Positions 22,562-32,264 of a stretch of DNA of 64,000 nucleotides are shown here, piece by piece (positions within the stretch are counted from its first letter, which is position 1; the number at the start of each line of letters is the position of its first letter). The stretch is from an uncultured Solirubrobacterales bacterium (GTDB taxonomy: Bacteria > Actinomycetota > Thermoleophilia > Solirubrobacterales > 70-9), in assembly GCA_963735255.1 (NCBI GenBank), contig CAVTKC010000003.1, positions 12,995-76,994 on the forward strand, written 5' to 3'. The notes beneath the pieces are model-generated. The model made no database searches. It had not been told where the DNA came from and saw only the letters and a list, made by a program, of their open reading frames with translations. The position numbers and the translations under genes are program-made.

Positions 22562-23626
22562 TCAGGCGACCGCGGCGGCCTCGAGCCGCTGTCGCTTCTC
22601 CTCGGCCGCCAACGCGTCGGTGAACTCGGAGAGCTCGCCACCGAGCACGCCATCGAGGTTGTGCGAGGTCAGCTTGATCCGGTGGTCGGTGACCCGGCCC
22701 TGGGGGAAGTTGTAGGTGCGGACCTTCTCCGAGCGCTCGCCGCTGCCGACCTGGGCCTTGCGCTCGGAGGCGATCTTCGCCTGCTGTTCGGCCAACTGGC
22801 GCTCGTAGAGCCGCGCCCGCAGCACCCGCATCGCCCGATCCTTGTTCTGCAGTTGCGACTTCTCGTCCTGCATCGAGACGACGATCCCGGTCGGTTTATG
22901 GGTGATCCGCACCGCCGAGTCGGTCGTGTTGACCGACTGCCCGCCGGGCCCCGAGGAGCGGTAGACGTCGATCTGGAGGTCGTTCTGATCGACCTCGACC
23001 TCGACCTCCTCGGCCTCCGGCAGCACCGCGATCGTCGCCGTCGAGGTGTGGATGCGACCCTGGGACTCGGTCTCCGGCACCCGCTGCACCCGGTGCGTCC
23101 CGCCCTCGAACTTGAAGACGGAGTAGGCGCCGTCGCCCTTGACGCCGAGGGTCACGTCCTTGAAGCCGCCGACCTCGGAGATCGACTGCGACAGAACCTC
23201 GGTCGCGAAGCCACGCTCCTCGGCGTAGCGGGTGAGCATCTTGTAGAGGTCGCCGGCAAAGAGAGCGGCCTCGTCGCCGCCGGTCCCGGCGCGGATCTCG
23301 ACGATCACGTTCTTGTCGTCGTTGGGGTCCCGCTCGACCATCGCCAGCCGGATCTCCTCTTCCAGCTCGGCTAGCCGCGCCGGCGCCTCCTCGACCACCG
23401 TGCGCAGCTCCTCGTCCTCACCCTCCTCGAGCAGCTCCCGCGCCCCTTCGAGGTCGTCCTTCAAGGTCATGTACTCGACCGCGAGCTCACGCGCCGGCTG
23501 CAGATCCCGGTACTCCCGCCCAACCTCCGCATACCGCTCCCGGTCCCCGATCACCGCCGGGTCCGACATCTGCTCCTCGAGCTCCGAAAACCGCGCCCGA
23601 ATCTGCTCCACGAGTTGCTCGATCAT
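22562..23626 (-). CDS. prfA: Peptide chain release factor 1
   Basis: RVQRVPETESQGRIHTSTATIAVLPE (PxT-type recognition region) and YRSSGPGGQSVNTTDSAVRITH (GGQ motif). Confidence 0.97.
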   Translation of the reverse strand: MIEQLVEQIRARFSELEEQMSDPAVIGDRERYAEVGREYRDLQPARELAVEYMTLKDDLEGARELLEEGEDEELRTVVEEAPARLAELEEEIRLAMVERDPNDDKNVIVEIRAGTGGDEAALFAGDLYKMLTRYAEERGFATEVLSQSISEVGGFKDVTLGVKGDGAYSVFKFEGGTHRVQRVPETESQGRIHTSTATIAVLPEAEEVEVEVDQNDLQIDVYRSSGPGGQSVNTTDSAVRITHKPTGIVVSMQDEKSQLQNKDRAMRVLRARLYERQLAEQQAKIASERKAQVGSGERSEKVRTYNFPQGRVTDHRIKLTSHNLDGVLGGELSEFTDALAAEEKRQRLEAAAVA

Positions 23627-23757
23627 CGCCAACAACCCTAGACGGCTGCAAACCAAGCAGGTCGGGGGACGCAGGGAGGGAGACAAGGGGAGCGCACTCC
23701 GGTGCGTGACCCGCGGTCGACCGACCGAGGACCCGAGATGCGCCGGTTTGCAGCCGT

Positions 23758-24771
23758 CTAAGCGACGATCTCGATGTGCTGCTGCTTTGCCGCGTCCTCG
23801 GGCGTCTCGCGCGCCAGGACCGCGTTCAGCGAGGCGATCGCCACCGCCAACTGCTCTTCGTCGGGCTCGCGGGTGGTCAGGTTCTGCAGCATCAGCCCCG
23901 GCCACATCACCGCCCGCACCCAGCGTTTGCTGCGGTTTTTGCCCGCCCACTTGATCACCTCATAGGAGAGGCCGGCGATCAGCGGGATGCCGAGGATCCG
24001 CGAGAGCACCAGCCAGTACCAGGCGGGCAGCCCGATCGGGGCGAAGACGAAGATCGCCAGCACCATCACGATCAACAGGAAGCTGGTCCCGCAGCGCGGG
24101 TGCAGGCGCGAGTAGAGCTTGGCCCGCGAGGGGATCAGCTCGTCTTCGGCCTCGTAGCAGGAGATCGTCTTGTGCTCGGCCCCGTGGTACTCGAAGACCC
24201 GCCGCAGGTCCGGCATTTTGCTGATCGCGAGGATGTAGCCGATGAAGATCGCGGTGCGCAGGATCCCCTCGACCAGCCAGAAGAGGAAGGGCGAGCCGAG
24301 CTGGTCCTTGATCAGGCTGGTCAAGCCGACCGGGACGACGAAGAAGAGGCCGACCGAGAGGGCCAGGGAGAGGGCGATCGTCAAGCCCCAGATCCAGCCG
24401 CCGATCTCTTCCTTCTCGCCCTCGTCGTCGTCCTCCATCTGGGCGTTGGCGGAGATCGCCAATGCCTTGAAGCCGATCTTCATCGACTCCCCCAGGGCGA
24501 CGACGCCACGGAGGATCGGCAGCCGCCAGAGCCGGTGGCGCTGGGCCCAGGGGACCAGCGTGTCGGACTCGATCTCGATCGCGCCCTCGGGAGTGCGCAC
24601 GGCAACGGCCCAGACCGCGACGCCCCGCATCATCACGCCCTCCAGCACCGCCTGGCCACCGACCGGCGCGTCGCGCTTGGCGACCAGCGCCCCGTCGGGC
24701 ATGCGAACAGGGTCTCCCCCGTTACCGGAGGAGACAGGGGGTGCTTGCGCCGAGCCCACTGGCGGGCTCAC
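23758..24771 (-). CDS. DUF1385 family membrane protein
   Basis: VGGQAVLEGVMMRG...YHGAEHKTISCYE...HPRCGTSF. The rpmE-DUF1385-prfA arrangement is typical. Confidence 0.85.
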   Translation of the reverse strand: MSPPVGSAQAPPVSSGNGGDPVRMPDGALVAKRDAPVGGQAVLEGVMMRGVAVWAVAVRTPEGAIEIESDTLVPWAQRHRLWRLPILRGVVALGESMKIGFKALAISANAQMEDDDEGEKEEIGGWIWGLTIALSLALSVGLFFVVPVGLTSLIKDQLGSPFLFWLVEGILRTAIFIGYILAISKMPDLRRVFEYHGAEHKTISCYEAEDELIPSRAKLYSRLHPRCGTSFLLIVMVLAIFVFAPIGLPAWYWLVLSRILGIPLIAGLSYEVIKWAGKNRSKRWVRAVMWPGLMLQNLTTREPDEEQLAVAIASLNAVLARETPEDAAKQQHIEIVA

Positions 24772-24774
24772 GGG

Positions 24775-24987
24775 TTACTTCCCGGCCCGGTGCTTGGCGG
24801 CGCGGCGCTGGAAGCGCTCGACGCGGCCACCGGTGTCGACCAGCTTTTGCTTGCCGGTGTAGAACGGGTGGCACTCGGAGCAGAGCTCGACATGCAGGTC
24901 GTCCTTGGTCGACCGCGTGAAGAACTGGTTGCCGCACGAGCAGTGCACGTTGGCAAGCGTGTAATCGGGGTGGATTCCTGCCTTCAT
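24775..24987 (-). CDS. rpmE: 50S ribosomal protein L31
   Basis: [27 protein letters not shown]...[24 protein letters not shown]. Confidence 0.97.
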   Translation of the reverse strand: MKAGIHPDYTLANVHCSCGNQFFTRSTKDDLHVELCSECHPFYTGKQKLVDTGGRVERFQRRAAKHRAGK

Positions 24988-25035
24988 TCTTCCTTCAGTC
25001 TAGAGAACTGGTCAAGCCGTGCCGATACCTCCCTG

Positions 25036-26560
25036 ATGGAGGCACACGCCACCGCAACCGGAGCCGCCCGCCACTCGGTCCTGCGCACCGTGATCGGGAT
25101 CGTGCTGTTCGGCGGCACCGCCCTGATCGTCATCGGCGATTGGCTCGGGATCGGCGGCGCCGGCTTCACCGACTTTCTCAATGGACCTCTGTACGACGCG
25201 GTCGTGGTCTCCGCCGGATTCGCCTGCCTGCTCAAAGCCGACGGGGCCGGCCGCGAGCGCAATGCCTGGCTGGCGCTCTCCGCGGCGATCCTCTTCTGGG
25301 GGGCATCCGAGATCTACTGGACCGCGGTCCTCCTCAACGACCCCTCGCCGCCCTACCCCTCGCCGGCGGACATCGGCTACCTCGCCTTCTACCCGCTGGC
25401 CGCGGCCGGGGTCGTGCTGCTGGTCCGCGCCCGCGCCCGCGAGCTCGACTGGCGACTGTGGATGGACGGGCTGATCGCGGCGCTGGGCACGGCCGCCCTC
25501 GGGGCCGCGCTGGTGTTCGAGTTCGTCGCCGATCACGCCGAGGGGGCGCCGCTGCAGGTCGCGACGACGCTCGCCTATCCGGTCGGCGACATCCTGATGC
25601 TGGCGCTGATCGTCGGCGTCATCGCCTTGACCCGCTGGCGCCCGGGAAAGACCTGGTCGCTGCTGCTGGCGGGGCTCGCCCTGCTCGCCGTCGCCGATGT
25701 CGCCTACACCCTGCAGTCGACCGACGCCAGCCTCCCCGCCGGCGACTGGATCGAACCGATCTACCTGCTCGCCGCGGCCTGTCTCGGGGCCGAGGGCTGG
25801 CAGGAGCGGGCGGACACGATCCAGCCGATGGCTCGTTTCGACGGCTGGCGCGAGCTGATGATCCCCGCCCTCTTCGCGACGGTGATGATCGCCCTCTTCG
25901 CGATGCAGTACTTCGATCACGCGTCGGGGCTGACCACCGCGCTCTGGGCGGCAACCCTGATCGCGATCATCGCCCGGCTCGGGATCAGCGTCCGCGAGAA
26001 CAAGCGCCTGCTGGAGCAGGTGCGGACCGACCCCTTGACCGGGCTCGGCAACCAGGGCCGGATGCAGGTCGACCTCGGCGCCAGCTGTGGTCGCGCCAAG
26101 GAGGAACCGGCAACCCTGGTGCTGCTCGACCTCAACGGTTTCAAGCGCTACAACGACACCTTCGGCCACCCCGCCGGCGACAAGATCCTCACCCAGCTCG
26201 GGCGCCAGCTGAGGGAGGCAGTCGGGGAGAACGGCCAGGCCTACCGGATCGGCGGCGACGAGTTCGCGGTCCTCGCCGCCGGCGGCGCGGCCGCGCAAGA
26301 GGAGATGACGAAGCGGGCCGCCGAAGCGCTGACCGCGCGCGGCAAGGGCTTCGAGCTGCAACGCCGCCTGGGGCACGGTCGCGATCCCCGGCGAAGCGGA
26401 CACCCCGGCGGCGGCGATGCAGCTGGCCGACGTGCGGATGTACGCGCAGAAGGAGTCGCGGCGCGGGTCGCGGCCGGAGCAAATCGAGATCCGGCGCGAC
26501 GACGATCCGGTCCGTTTAAGCGGCGCCCGCGACGGCGAAGCTCTCGAGCAGGGTCAGTAG
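25036..26560 (+). pseudogene. Polytopic membrane GGDEF diguanylate cyclase, frameshifted near its C-terminus
   Basis: ATG at 25036, then about 9 predicted TM helices. RTDPLTGLGNQ...LDLNGFKRYNDTFGHPAGD...YRIGGDEFAVL...GKGFEL follow, after which the frame degenerates (QRRLGHGRDPRRSG). The +1 frame continues with the expected GGDEF end WGTVAIPGEADTPAAAMQLADVRMYAQKESRR, stopping at 26558-26560. Deleting 1 nt anywhere within 26350-26373 restores the frame; the G run 26370-26373 is one candidate. Confidence 0.75.
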
Positions 26561-27190
26561 GACCTCGCTCACCTCGGCCCGGTCGCCGGGGTCCTCGGTC
26601 CGCGCCACCAGCATCGCCGCCTCGTCCAGCGCCCCCAGCAGCAGGTGCGCCATCGGTCGTACCGGCAGGTCGCGGATCTCGCCCGCCTCGATCGCCGCCG
26701 CCAGGCTCGCCTCGATCAGACCGAGCCCATTGGCGGCGCCGATCTCGCGCCAGCGATCCCAACCGAGCACCGCGGGCGCATCGTGCAGGGCGATCTGGCG
26801 CAGCTCCGGCTCCGCGCACTCGTCGAGGAAGGCCTCGATCCCGGCCTTCATCGCCTGCAATGGGCTTTCCAGCTCCGACCCGAGGACGATCCGCGCCACC
26901 CGCTCGGTCGATTCCGTCTCGAGCTGCTCGTAGGCGGCGTCGAGCAGGCCCGACTTGCCGCCGAAGTGGTGGTAGAGGGCCCCACGGGTGACCCCGGCGG
27001 CGCGGACGATCTCCTCGGTCCCCACCGCGTCGTAACCGCGCTCGGTGAAGAGGCGGCGGGCGGCGGCGATCAGGGCAGAACGAGTCGCCTCGGCACGTTG
27101 AGCCTGCGTGCGCCGCCCGCCAGACCCTGCATGGGAGCGCCGAGCGCTTGCGCTCGGCGCTTTTTTATCCCGGTCTGGATTTACATTCAT
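26516..27190 (-). CDS. TetR/AcrR family transcriptional regulator
   Basis: RSALIAAARRLFTERGYDAVGTEEIVRAAGVTRGALYHHFGGK is the TetR HTH signature. Confidence 0.92.
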   Translation of the reverse strand: MNVNPDRDKKAPSASARRSHAGSGGRRTQAQRAEATRSALIAAARRLFTERGYDAVGTEEIVRAAGVTRGALYHHFGGKSGLLDAAYEQLETESTERVARIVLGSELESPLQAMKAGIEAFLDECAEPELRQIALHDAPAVLGWDRWREIGAANGLGLIEASLAAAIEAGEIRDLPVRPMAHLLLGALDEAAMLVARTEDPGDRAEVSEVLLTLLESFAVAGAA

Positions 27191-27202
27191 ACAGTCTGTA
27201 TG
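27188..27202. promoter_or_regulatory. Perfect 7-1-7 palindrome CATACAGTCTGTATG in the divergent TetR/hydrolase intergenic region (candidate TetR operator)
   Basis: Read directly from the sequence. It overlaps the tetR start codon and lies 40 nt upstream of the hydrolase ATG, in a locally AT-rich stretch. Confidence 0.5.
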
Positions 27203-27241
27203 TTAGTTGACGTCAGCCAATCGATTCAAGCGGAGGCAATC

Positions 27242-28084
27242 ATGACCGGGAGCAGCGAGCGCAAAGAGATCGACCTACCAGCCGGAAGGATCCGCTACCG
27301 CGAGGCGGGCAACGGCAAACCGGTGGTCTTCGTCCACGGCTACCTGGTCGACGGGCGCCTCTGGGACGGTGTCGTCGATCGGCTCAGCGACCGCTTCCGC
27401 TGCATCGCCCCGGACTGGCCGATCGGCGCTCAGCAGATCGCGATGAAGTCCGATGCCGACCTCTCGCCCCCCGGCGTCGCCGCGATCATCGCCTCGCTGC
27501 TGGACCGGCTCGACCTCGAGGACGTGACGATCGTCGGCAACGACTCCGGTGGCGCGATGTCGCAGGTCCTGGTCACCCGCCACCCCGAGCGGATCGGGCG
27601 CCTGGTCCTCACCAACTGCGACACCTACGAGAACTTCCCGCCCGGGATCTTCAAGGCGATGCCGCCGCTGGCCAAGCTGCCCGGCGGGATGACCCTGCTC
27701 TCGCTCCCGTTTCGCTCCGCCGCGATCGCCCGCGCCGCCTTCAAGCCGTTCACGCGCAAGCCGATCCCGGCGGAGCTGGTCGCCTCCTGGATGAACCCGG
27801 GACTGAACGACAGCGGCGTCCGCCACGACCTCAAGAAGGTGACCGTGGGCATGAACAAGCGCTACACGCTCGAGGCCGCGGAGAAGCTGCGCGGCTCGCA
27901 GCTGCCGATCCTCTTCACCTGGGCCCCCGGCGACCGGCTCTTTCCGATCTCCGGCGCGGAACGACTCGCCGCCGACGCCGGCAACGCCCGCATCGTCGAG
28001 ATCCCGGACGCCGGGACCTTCGTCGCGCTCGACCAGCCGCAGCGCCTGGGCGAAGAGATCGCGGCCTTCGCCGGGGACGCCTAA
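27242..28084 (+). CDS. Alpha/beta-fold hydrolase
   Basis: GGAGG lies 5 nt upstream of ATG 27242. VVFVHGYLVDGRLW...IVGNDSGGAMSQ (nucleophile elbow G-x-S-x-G variant GNDSGG). Confidence 0.85.
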   Translation: MTGSSERKEIDLPAGRIRYREAGNGKPVVFVHGYLVDGRLWDGVVDRLSDRFRCIAPDWPIGAQQIAMKSDADLSPPGVAAIIASLLDRLDLEDVTIVGNDSGGAMSQVLVTRHPERIGRLVLTNCDTYENFPPGIFKAMPPLAKLPGGMTLLSLPFRSAAIARAAFKPFTRKPIPAELVASWMNPGLNDSGVRHDLKKVTVGMNKRYTLEAAEKLRGSQLPILFTWAPGDRLFPISGAERLAADAGNARIVEIPDAGTFVALDQPQRLGEEIAAFAGDA

Positions 28085-28258
28085 AAGCGAACAGGCGTTC
28101 CCAGAAGTTCGCAAAGTGCTGCTTTTTCGTCCGACCGGGCAGGGAATCTTCCTCGACCCCTACGAAGACGGAGAGCTAGTGGCCAAGCAGATCTTCGACC
28201 AGGCACGACCGAAAAGCACCATGGCACGGCAACTCGAAGAAGCTTTCGCGGGATGCGA

Positions 28259-28984
28259 TCAGTGGACCGTCGTCGCCGCACCGCCACGGCGCAGCAGTCT
28301 CGACTTCAGCCCCCGCCCCTCGAGCTCCTCGAGGATCCTCGGCAATGCCGCGGCGGTGCGGACCCAGGAGCCCGGCGCGCTGTAGTAGTCCGCGTCGTGC
28401 AGCAGCAGGATGTCGCCGGCACCGACGCCGGCGGTCAGCTTGCGCGCGATCGAGTCCGGCGTCGCGCGCCGCGTCCAGTCCCGCCCCCATTGCGACCACA
28501 GGACCGGGTGCCAACCGCGGCTGCGCACCGCGCGTAGGCCGATCGCGCTGAAGATCCCGTAGGGCGGCCGGTAGCGGCTCACCCCGCGCCCCGCCGCCTC
28601 CTCGATTGCCGCCACGGCGCGATCGCAGTCCGCCAGCAGCTGCCGGGGACCGAGCCTCAGCTGGTTGCGGTGGCGGTGGCAATGCAGCTCGACCCCGTGG
28701 CCGGCGGCGACGATCTCGGCGACCAGGGAGGGGCGGCGCTCGACCTGCTCGCCGGCGAGGAAGAAGGTCGCGACCGCGCCGGCCTCCCGCAACGTCTCCA
28801 GTACGGAGAGCGTGCCCTGGGGATGGGGACCGTCGTCGAAGGTGATGGCGACGCCGTCCTCCCCCTGCTGGCGCAACTGCACCGGTAGCGAGTTGCCGAC
28901 CGCCGGCACGACCGGTGCCAGCGCGGGGGTCGCGTAGGCGACGGCGGCCGTGGCGAAGCCGGCGCCGGCGACCCTGGCGATCAA
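28259..28984 (-). CDS. Polysaccharide deacetylase (NodB homology domain) with an N-terminal hydrophobic anchor
   Basis: VAITFDDGPHPQGT...GHGVELHCHRHRN...RYRPPYG...LLLHDAD. The proposed TTG start at 28984 overlaps the upstream stop (TTGA). The track start at 29149 would overlap the upstream gene by 169 nt. Confidence 0.75.
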   Translation of the reverse strand: MIARVAGAGFATAAVAYATPALAPVVPAVGNSLPVQLRQQGEDGVAITFDDGPHPQGTLSVLETLREAGAVATFFLAGEQVERRPSLVAEIVAAGHGVELHCHRHRNQLRLGPRQLLADCDRAVAAIEEAAGRGVSRYRPPYGIFSAIGLRAVRSRGWHPVLWSQWGRDWTRRATPDSIARKLTAGVGAGDILLLHDADYYSAPGSWVRTAAALPRILEELEGRGLKSRLLRRGGAATTVH

Positions 28985-31329
28985 GGAGCGGTGGACGCCG
29001 CCGGCTGAGGAGAGCTCGTGGCCGTGGCGGGCGCCTGCCCGGAGCCGGCCGCCTGCGCCGACGGTTCTTCCGCCTGAGCCGGGTCGTTCTCCTTGCCGAG
29101 GTGGATGCGGCTGGTCACCGGCTTCGCCACGGTCCACGGGCTCTCCCACTGGAAGATCGAAAGCGCCAGGACGATCAGCAAGGCGATGCTGGAGATAGCG
29201 ACGGCGACGCGCTCGGAGCGCAACCGCCAGACCGGTTGCGGCTTCACCCGCGGCCGCACGCTGAGCGCCCGCGAGGCGATCGAGGGCAGCGAGGCGAAGG
29301 AGGAGTCCGGCGAGCGGCGCTCACGGGTGACGTGGCGCAGGACCGACTCCAGCTCGTGCTCGGAGCGCGCCACCTCGGCCAGGCCGAAGCGCTCGAAGGC
29401 GGCGTTGTTGGCACGCAGATGACCGGCCGAGAAGCCGTAGGAGACGACGGGGCAGCCGCGGATGTGCGCCTCGAGCACGGTCAACCCGGCGGTTGCGTGG
29501 ATCATCGCGTCGGCCGCGGCCATCCAGTCGCTCATCTGCTCGGTGAAGCCGAGGATGCGAACCTGCTCGTTGTCGCTGAAGGTCCGCTCCAGCTTCTCAC
29601 GGGCGATCTCGTTGCGGCCGGTGATGCAGACGACCAGGGTGTCGTCGCCGGAGAGGGCCGACTTGATCGCCCCCTCGAGGTCGCCGACGCCCCAGCCACC
29701 GCCGGAGACGAGGACGATCCGGGCGTGGGCGGGAACGCCGAGTGCCTCGCGGGCGTCGCGACGGGTGCGCGGCATCAGGAAGTCGCGCGAGATCGGCGGC
29801 CGTACCCACTCGACGGTGCCCGGGCCGACCAGCTTCTCGACCTCCTCGATCGACTCCGGGTGGGTGACGTAATGCAGATCTACCCCCGGGTGGGCCCAGT
29901 AGCGCAACCCGGCAAGGTCCGTGATCGCCGACTGCACCGGGATCTCCAGGCGCCGGTTCTCCCGCAACATCCCGAGCACGGCGGTGACTCCCGGATAGGT
30001 CGAGATGACCGCGTCCGGTTCGTGCTCCGCGATCAGCTTCATCAGCCCGCGGGCGCCGATCAGATAACCGAGGTGGTGGAAGAGCCAACGAGCCGGCGCG
30101 AACTTCGTGATCAGCCAGTACTGGACGTCGAACAGCCAGGGCATCCAGCGGAAGGTCACCTTGGAGCCGTTGCGCAGGACGGCGGCGCAGATCTTCCCCA
30201 TCGCGTCGAGGCCGTTGGCGATTTCGACCTTCGCCTCGGGAACCTCTTCTTCGAGGTCGGCCTTGATTATCCGCGCCGGCAGATCGTGCCCCTCGCCGAT
30301 GTCGGCGGTGAGGATCAGGACCTTCGGATCGCTCTCGGTCGAGCGCGAGGCGCCGGCCAGCAGCGCGCCGGCGGCGTGTTCGTTGCCGTTCAGCGAGGGC
30401 TGTTTACCGGGGATCGGATCGGGCGGGCGGGTCGTGCCGCGCACCCACTCGACGTACTTCCTGACCCCTTCTTTGAAGCTCGTCTCCGCTTTCCACCCGA
30501 GCTCCTCGAGCGCGCGCTCGTTGGAGATCGACTTGCCCGGGAAGTCGCCGGGACGCGGGGGCGTATGGGTGATCTCGCAGGTATCGACGTTTTCCTGCAC
30601 CCGCTCGGCGATTTCGAGGATCGTCACGACCTCGTCGCCGGAGAGGTTGTAGGTGCGGCCGGCGGCCTCGGGCTTGAGCGCGGCGACGATCCCGTCGGCG
30701 AGGTCCTCGACGTAGATGAAGCTGCGGGTGGTGCTGCCGTCGCCGGCGATCGTCAGCGCCTTGCCTTCGAAGGAGAGGTCGGTGAACTTGGCGACGACGC
30801 CGGCGGCGCGGGCGCGCGGCCCGTAGGGGATGCCGAAGCGGAGCACGGTGCTCTCGAGGTCGTAGAGCTCGGCGTAGCCGGAGCAGTACGTCTCCCCCGC
30901 GAGCTTGGTCGCGGTGTAGAGGTGGCGCGGGGCCGGGATCGCGGTTTCCTCGTCGACCTCCTGCTCGACGCAATCGCTGTAGACCCAGGTGGTCGAGCCG
31001 TAGACGACGCGGCCGACCTTCGCCCGGCAGGCCGCCTCGAGCACGTTGAGGGTGCCGCGGGTGTTGACCTCCTCGGCCAACACCGGGTCGGCGAGGACGT
31101 GGCCGACGTCGGCAACCGCCGCCAGGTGGATGACGGCGTCGCAGTCGCGCATCGCCAGGTCGAGGTTGGCCGAGTCGGTGATGCTGCCGGTGAAGGTCTC
31201 GACCTCGAGCGGCGAGTGGTACGGCGAGGCGCTGAGGTCGAAGATGCGCGGCGTGTCGCCGCGGTCGAGCAGGCGGTCGACCACGTGGGAGCCGATGAAG
31301 CCCCCGCCTCCGGTTACCAGGACCCTCAT
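28981..31329 (-). CDS. Fusion protein: N-terminal NAD-dependent sugar epimerase/dehydratase (SDR), MGDG-synthase/GT28-type glycosyltransferase, then a C-terminal TM segment and Pro/Ala/Ser-rich tail
   Basis: MRVLVTGGGGFIGSHVVDRL...YTATKLAGE (SDR YxxxK). After a linker: KVLILTADIGEGHDLPARII...VISTYPGVTAVL...VLVSGGGWGVG...ATAGLTVLEAHIRGCPVV (MGDG_synth plus Glyco_tran_28_C-like). Then AVAISSIALLIVLALSIF. ATGA overlap with the degT stop. Confidence 0.8.
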   Translation of the reverse strand: MRVLVTGGGGFIGSHVVDRLLDRGDTPRIFDLSASPYHSPLEVETFTGSITDSANLDLAMRDCDAVIHLAAVADVGHVLADPVLAEEVNTRGTLNVLEAACRAKVGRVVYGSTTWVYSDCVEQEVDEETAIPAPRHLYTATKLAGETYCSGYAELYDLESTVLRFGIPYGPRARAAGVVAKFTDLSFEGKALTIAGDGSTTRSFIYVEDLADGIVAALKPEAAGRTYNLSGDEVVTILEIAERVQENVDTCEITHTPPRPGDFPGKSISNERALEELGWKAETSFKEGVRKYVEWVRGTTRPPDPIPGKQPSLNGNEHAAGALLAGASRSTESDPKVLILTADIGEGHDLPARIIKADLEEEVPEAKVEIANGLDAMGKICAAVLRNGSKVTFRWMPWLFDVQYWLITKFAPARWLFHHLGYLIGARGLMKLIAEHEPDAVISTYPGVTAVLGMLRENRRLEIPVQSAITDLAGLRYWAHPGVDLHYVTHPESIEEVEKLVGPGTVEWVRPPISRDFLMPRTRRDAREALGVPAHARIVLVSGGGWGVGDLEGAIKSALSGDDTLVVCITGRNEIAREKLERTFSDNEQVRILGFTEQMSDWMAAADAMIHATAGLTVLEAHIRGCPVVSYGFSAGHLRANNAAFERFGLAEVARSEHELESVLRHVTRERRSPDSSFASLPSIASRALSVRPRVKPQPVWRLRSERVAVAISSIALLIVLALSIFQWESPWTVAKPVTSRIHLGKENDPAQAEEPSAQAAGSGQAPATATSSPQPAASTAP

Positions 31330-32264
31330 TGCGCCTCCTTGCCCAGAGCCGCCTCGCGGCTCTCCGGGCGGTAGTAGAGCGGCACGCACCAGTGGTTCTC
31401 GGCCACCCAATCGGTGTTCGGCAGGTCGTCGTGCCGCCCCATGATCCGATGGCAGGGCTGGTCGTAGACGCGGCCGGTGGACTTCTCGATCTGCTCGAAG
31501 ACGATGTACTTGTAGAAGCCCGAGGTCATGCCGTCCGGGAGTTCGAGGCGGGCCGGGTGGACCGGGTCGAGGTGCTCGCGGGCGTACTCGTTCTTCCAGG
31601 CGACGATCTCCTCCATCCGTTCCGCCTGGACCAAAGCCAGGGCGGCGGTGAACTCGCTCATGCGGAAGTTGAGGCCGTCGACCTCGTGCTCGAACTTGCC
31701 GTAGTTGCGGAACTTGGAGGCGAACTCGATCAGCTCCTCGTTACCGGAGACGAGCACGCCACCCTCGCCGGTGGAGACGGTCTTGGTCGCGTAGAGCGAG
31801 AAGACGCCGGCGTCGCCGAAACCGCCCGGCTTGCCGCCCTGCCAGTCGGCGCCATGAGCGTGGGCGCAGTCCTCGAGCAGGAAGATCTCGTGCTCGCGGC
31901 AGTAGGCGGCGATGCGCTCGGAGTCGAAGGCGATGTGGCCGCCGATGTGGACGAGGATCGCGGCCCGCGGCTTGTGCCGCTCGGCCTTGCGCTCGAAGTC
32001 CTCGAAGGACATGCAGAGGTCCTCGCGGTTGCAGTCGACGAACTCGACCGTGGCACCGGCGCCGATCGCGGCCAGCGGCGTCGCCATGAAGGTATTGGAG
32101 GGACAGAGCACGGTCTCCCCCTTGACCCCGGCGAACTCGAGCGCGGCCAGGGCTCCCCCGGCCCAGCTCGAGAGGCCGAGGCTGGGCAGGCCGTTCCACC
32201 GCGCCCAGCGGTTCTCGAAGGCCTCGAGCTTGGCGCCCTCGGACCACTGCTCGGAGTCGAGCAC
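31326..32264 (-). CDS. DegT/DnrJ/EryC1/StrS family PLP-dependent sugar aminotransferase (start uncertain)
   Basis: VLCPSNTFMATPLAAIGAGATVEFVDC...EDCAHAHGA...FSLYATKTVSTGEGG (PLP Lys). A protein-like sequence (KFAIGFDHRDRSRLFELWTE) continues in frame upstream of GTG 32264. There is no ATG/GTG/TTG back to the stop at 32415-32417. Confidence 0.8.
   Translation of the reverse strand: MLDSEQWSEGAKLEAFENRWARWNGLPSLGLSSWAGGALAALEFAGVKGETVLCPSNTFMATPLAAIGAGATVEFVDCNREDLCMSFEDFERKAERHKPRAAILVHIGGHIAFDSERIAAYCREHEIFLLEDCAHAHGADWQGGKPGGFGDAGVFSLYATKTVSTGEGGVLVSGNEELIEFASKFRNYGKFEHEVDGLNFRMSEFTAALALVQAERMEEIVAWKNEYAREHLDPVHPARLELPDGMTSGFYKYIVFEQIEKSTGRVYDQPCHRIMGRHDDLPNTDWVAENHWCVPLYYRPESREAALGKEAQ

Noticed and set aside
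28116-28385. ORF MLLFRPTGQGIFLDPYEDGELVAKQIFDQARPKSTMARQLEEAFAGCDQW.. in the lower-GC gap after the hydrolase gene
   Set aside because: The first ~50 residues look protein-like. However, there is no RBS or recognisable domain, and the ORF runs 127 nt into the 3' end of the deacetylase gene on the other strand, where its sequence becomes junk. It could be a gene remnant, but support is insufficient to call it.
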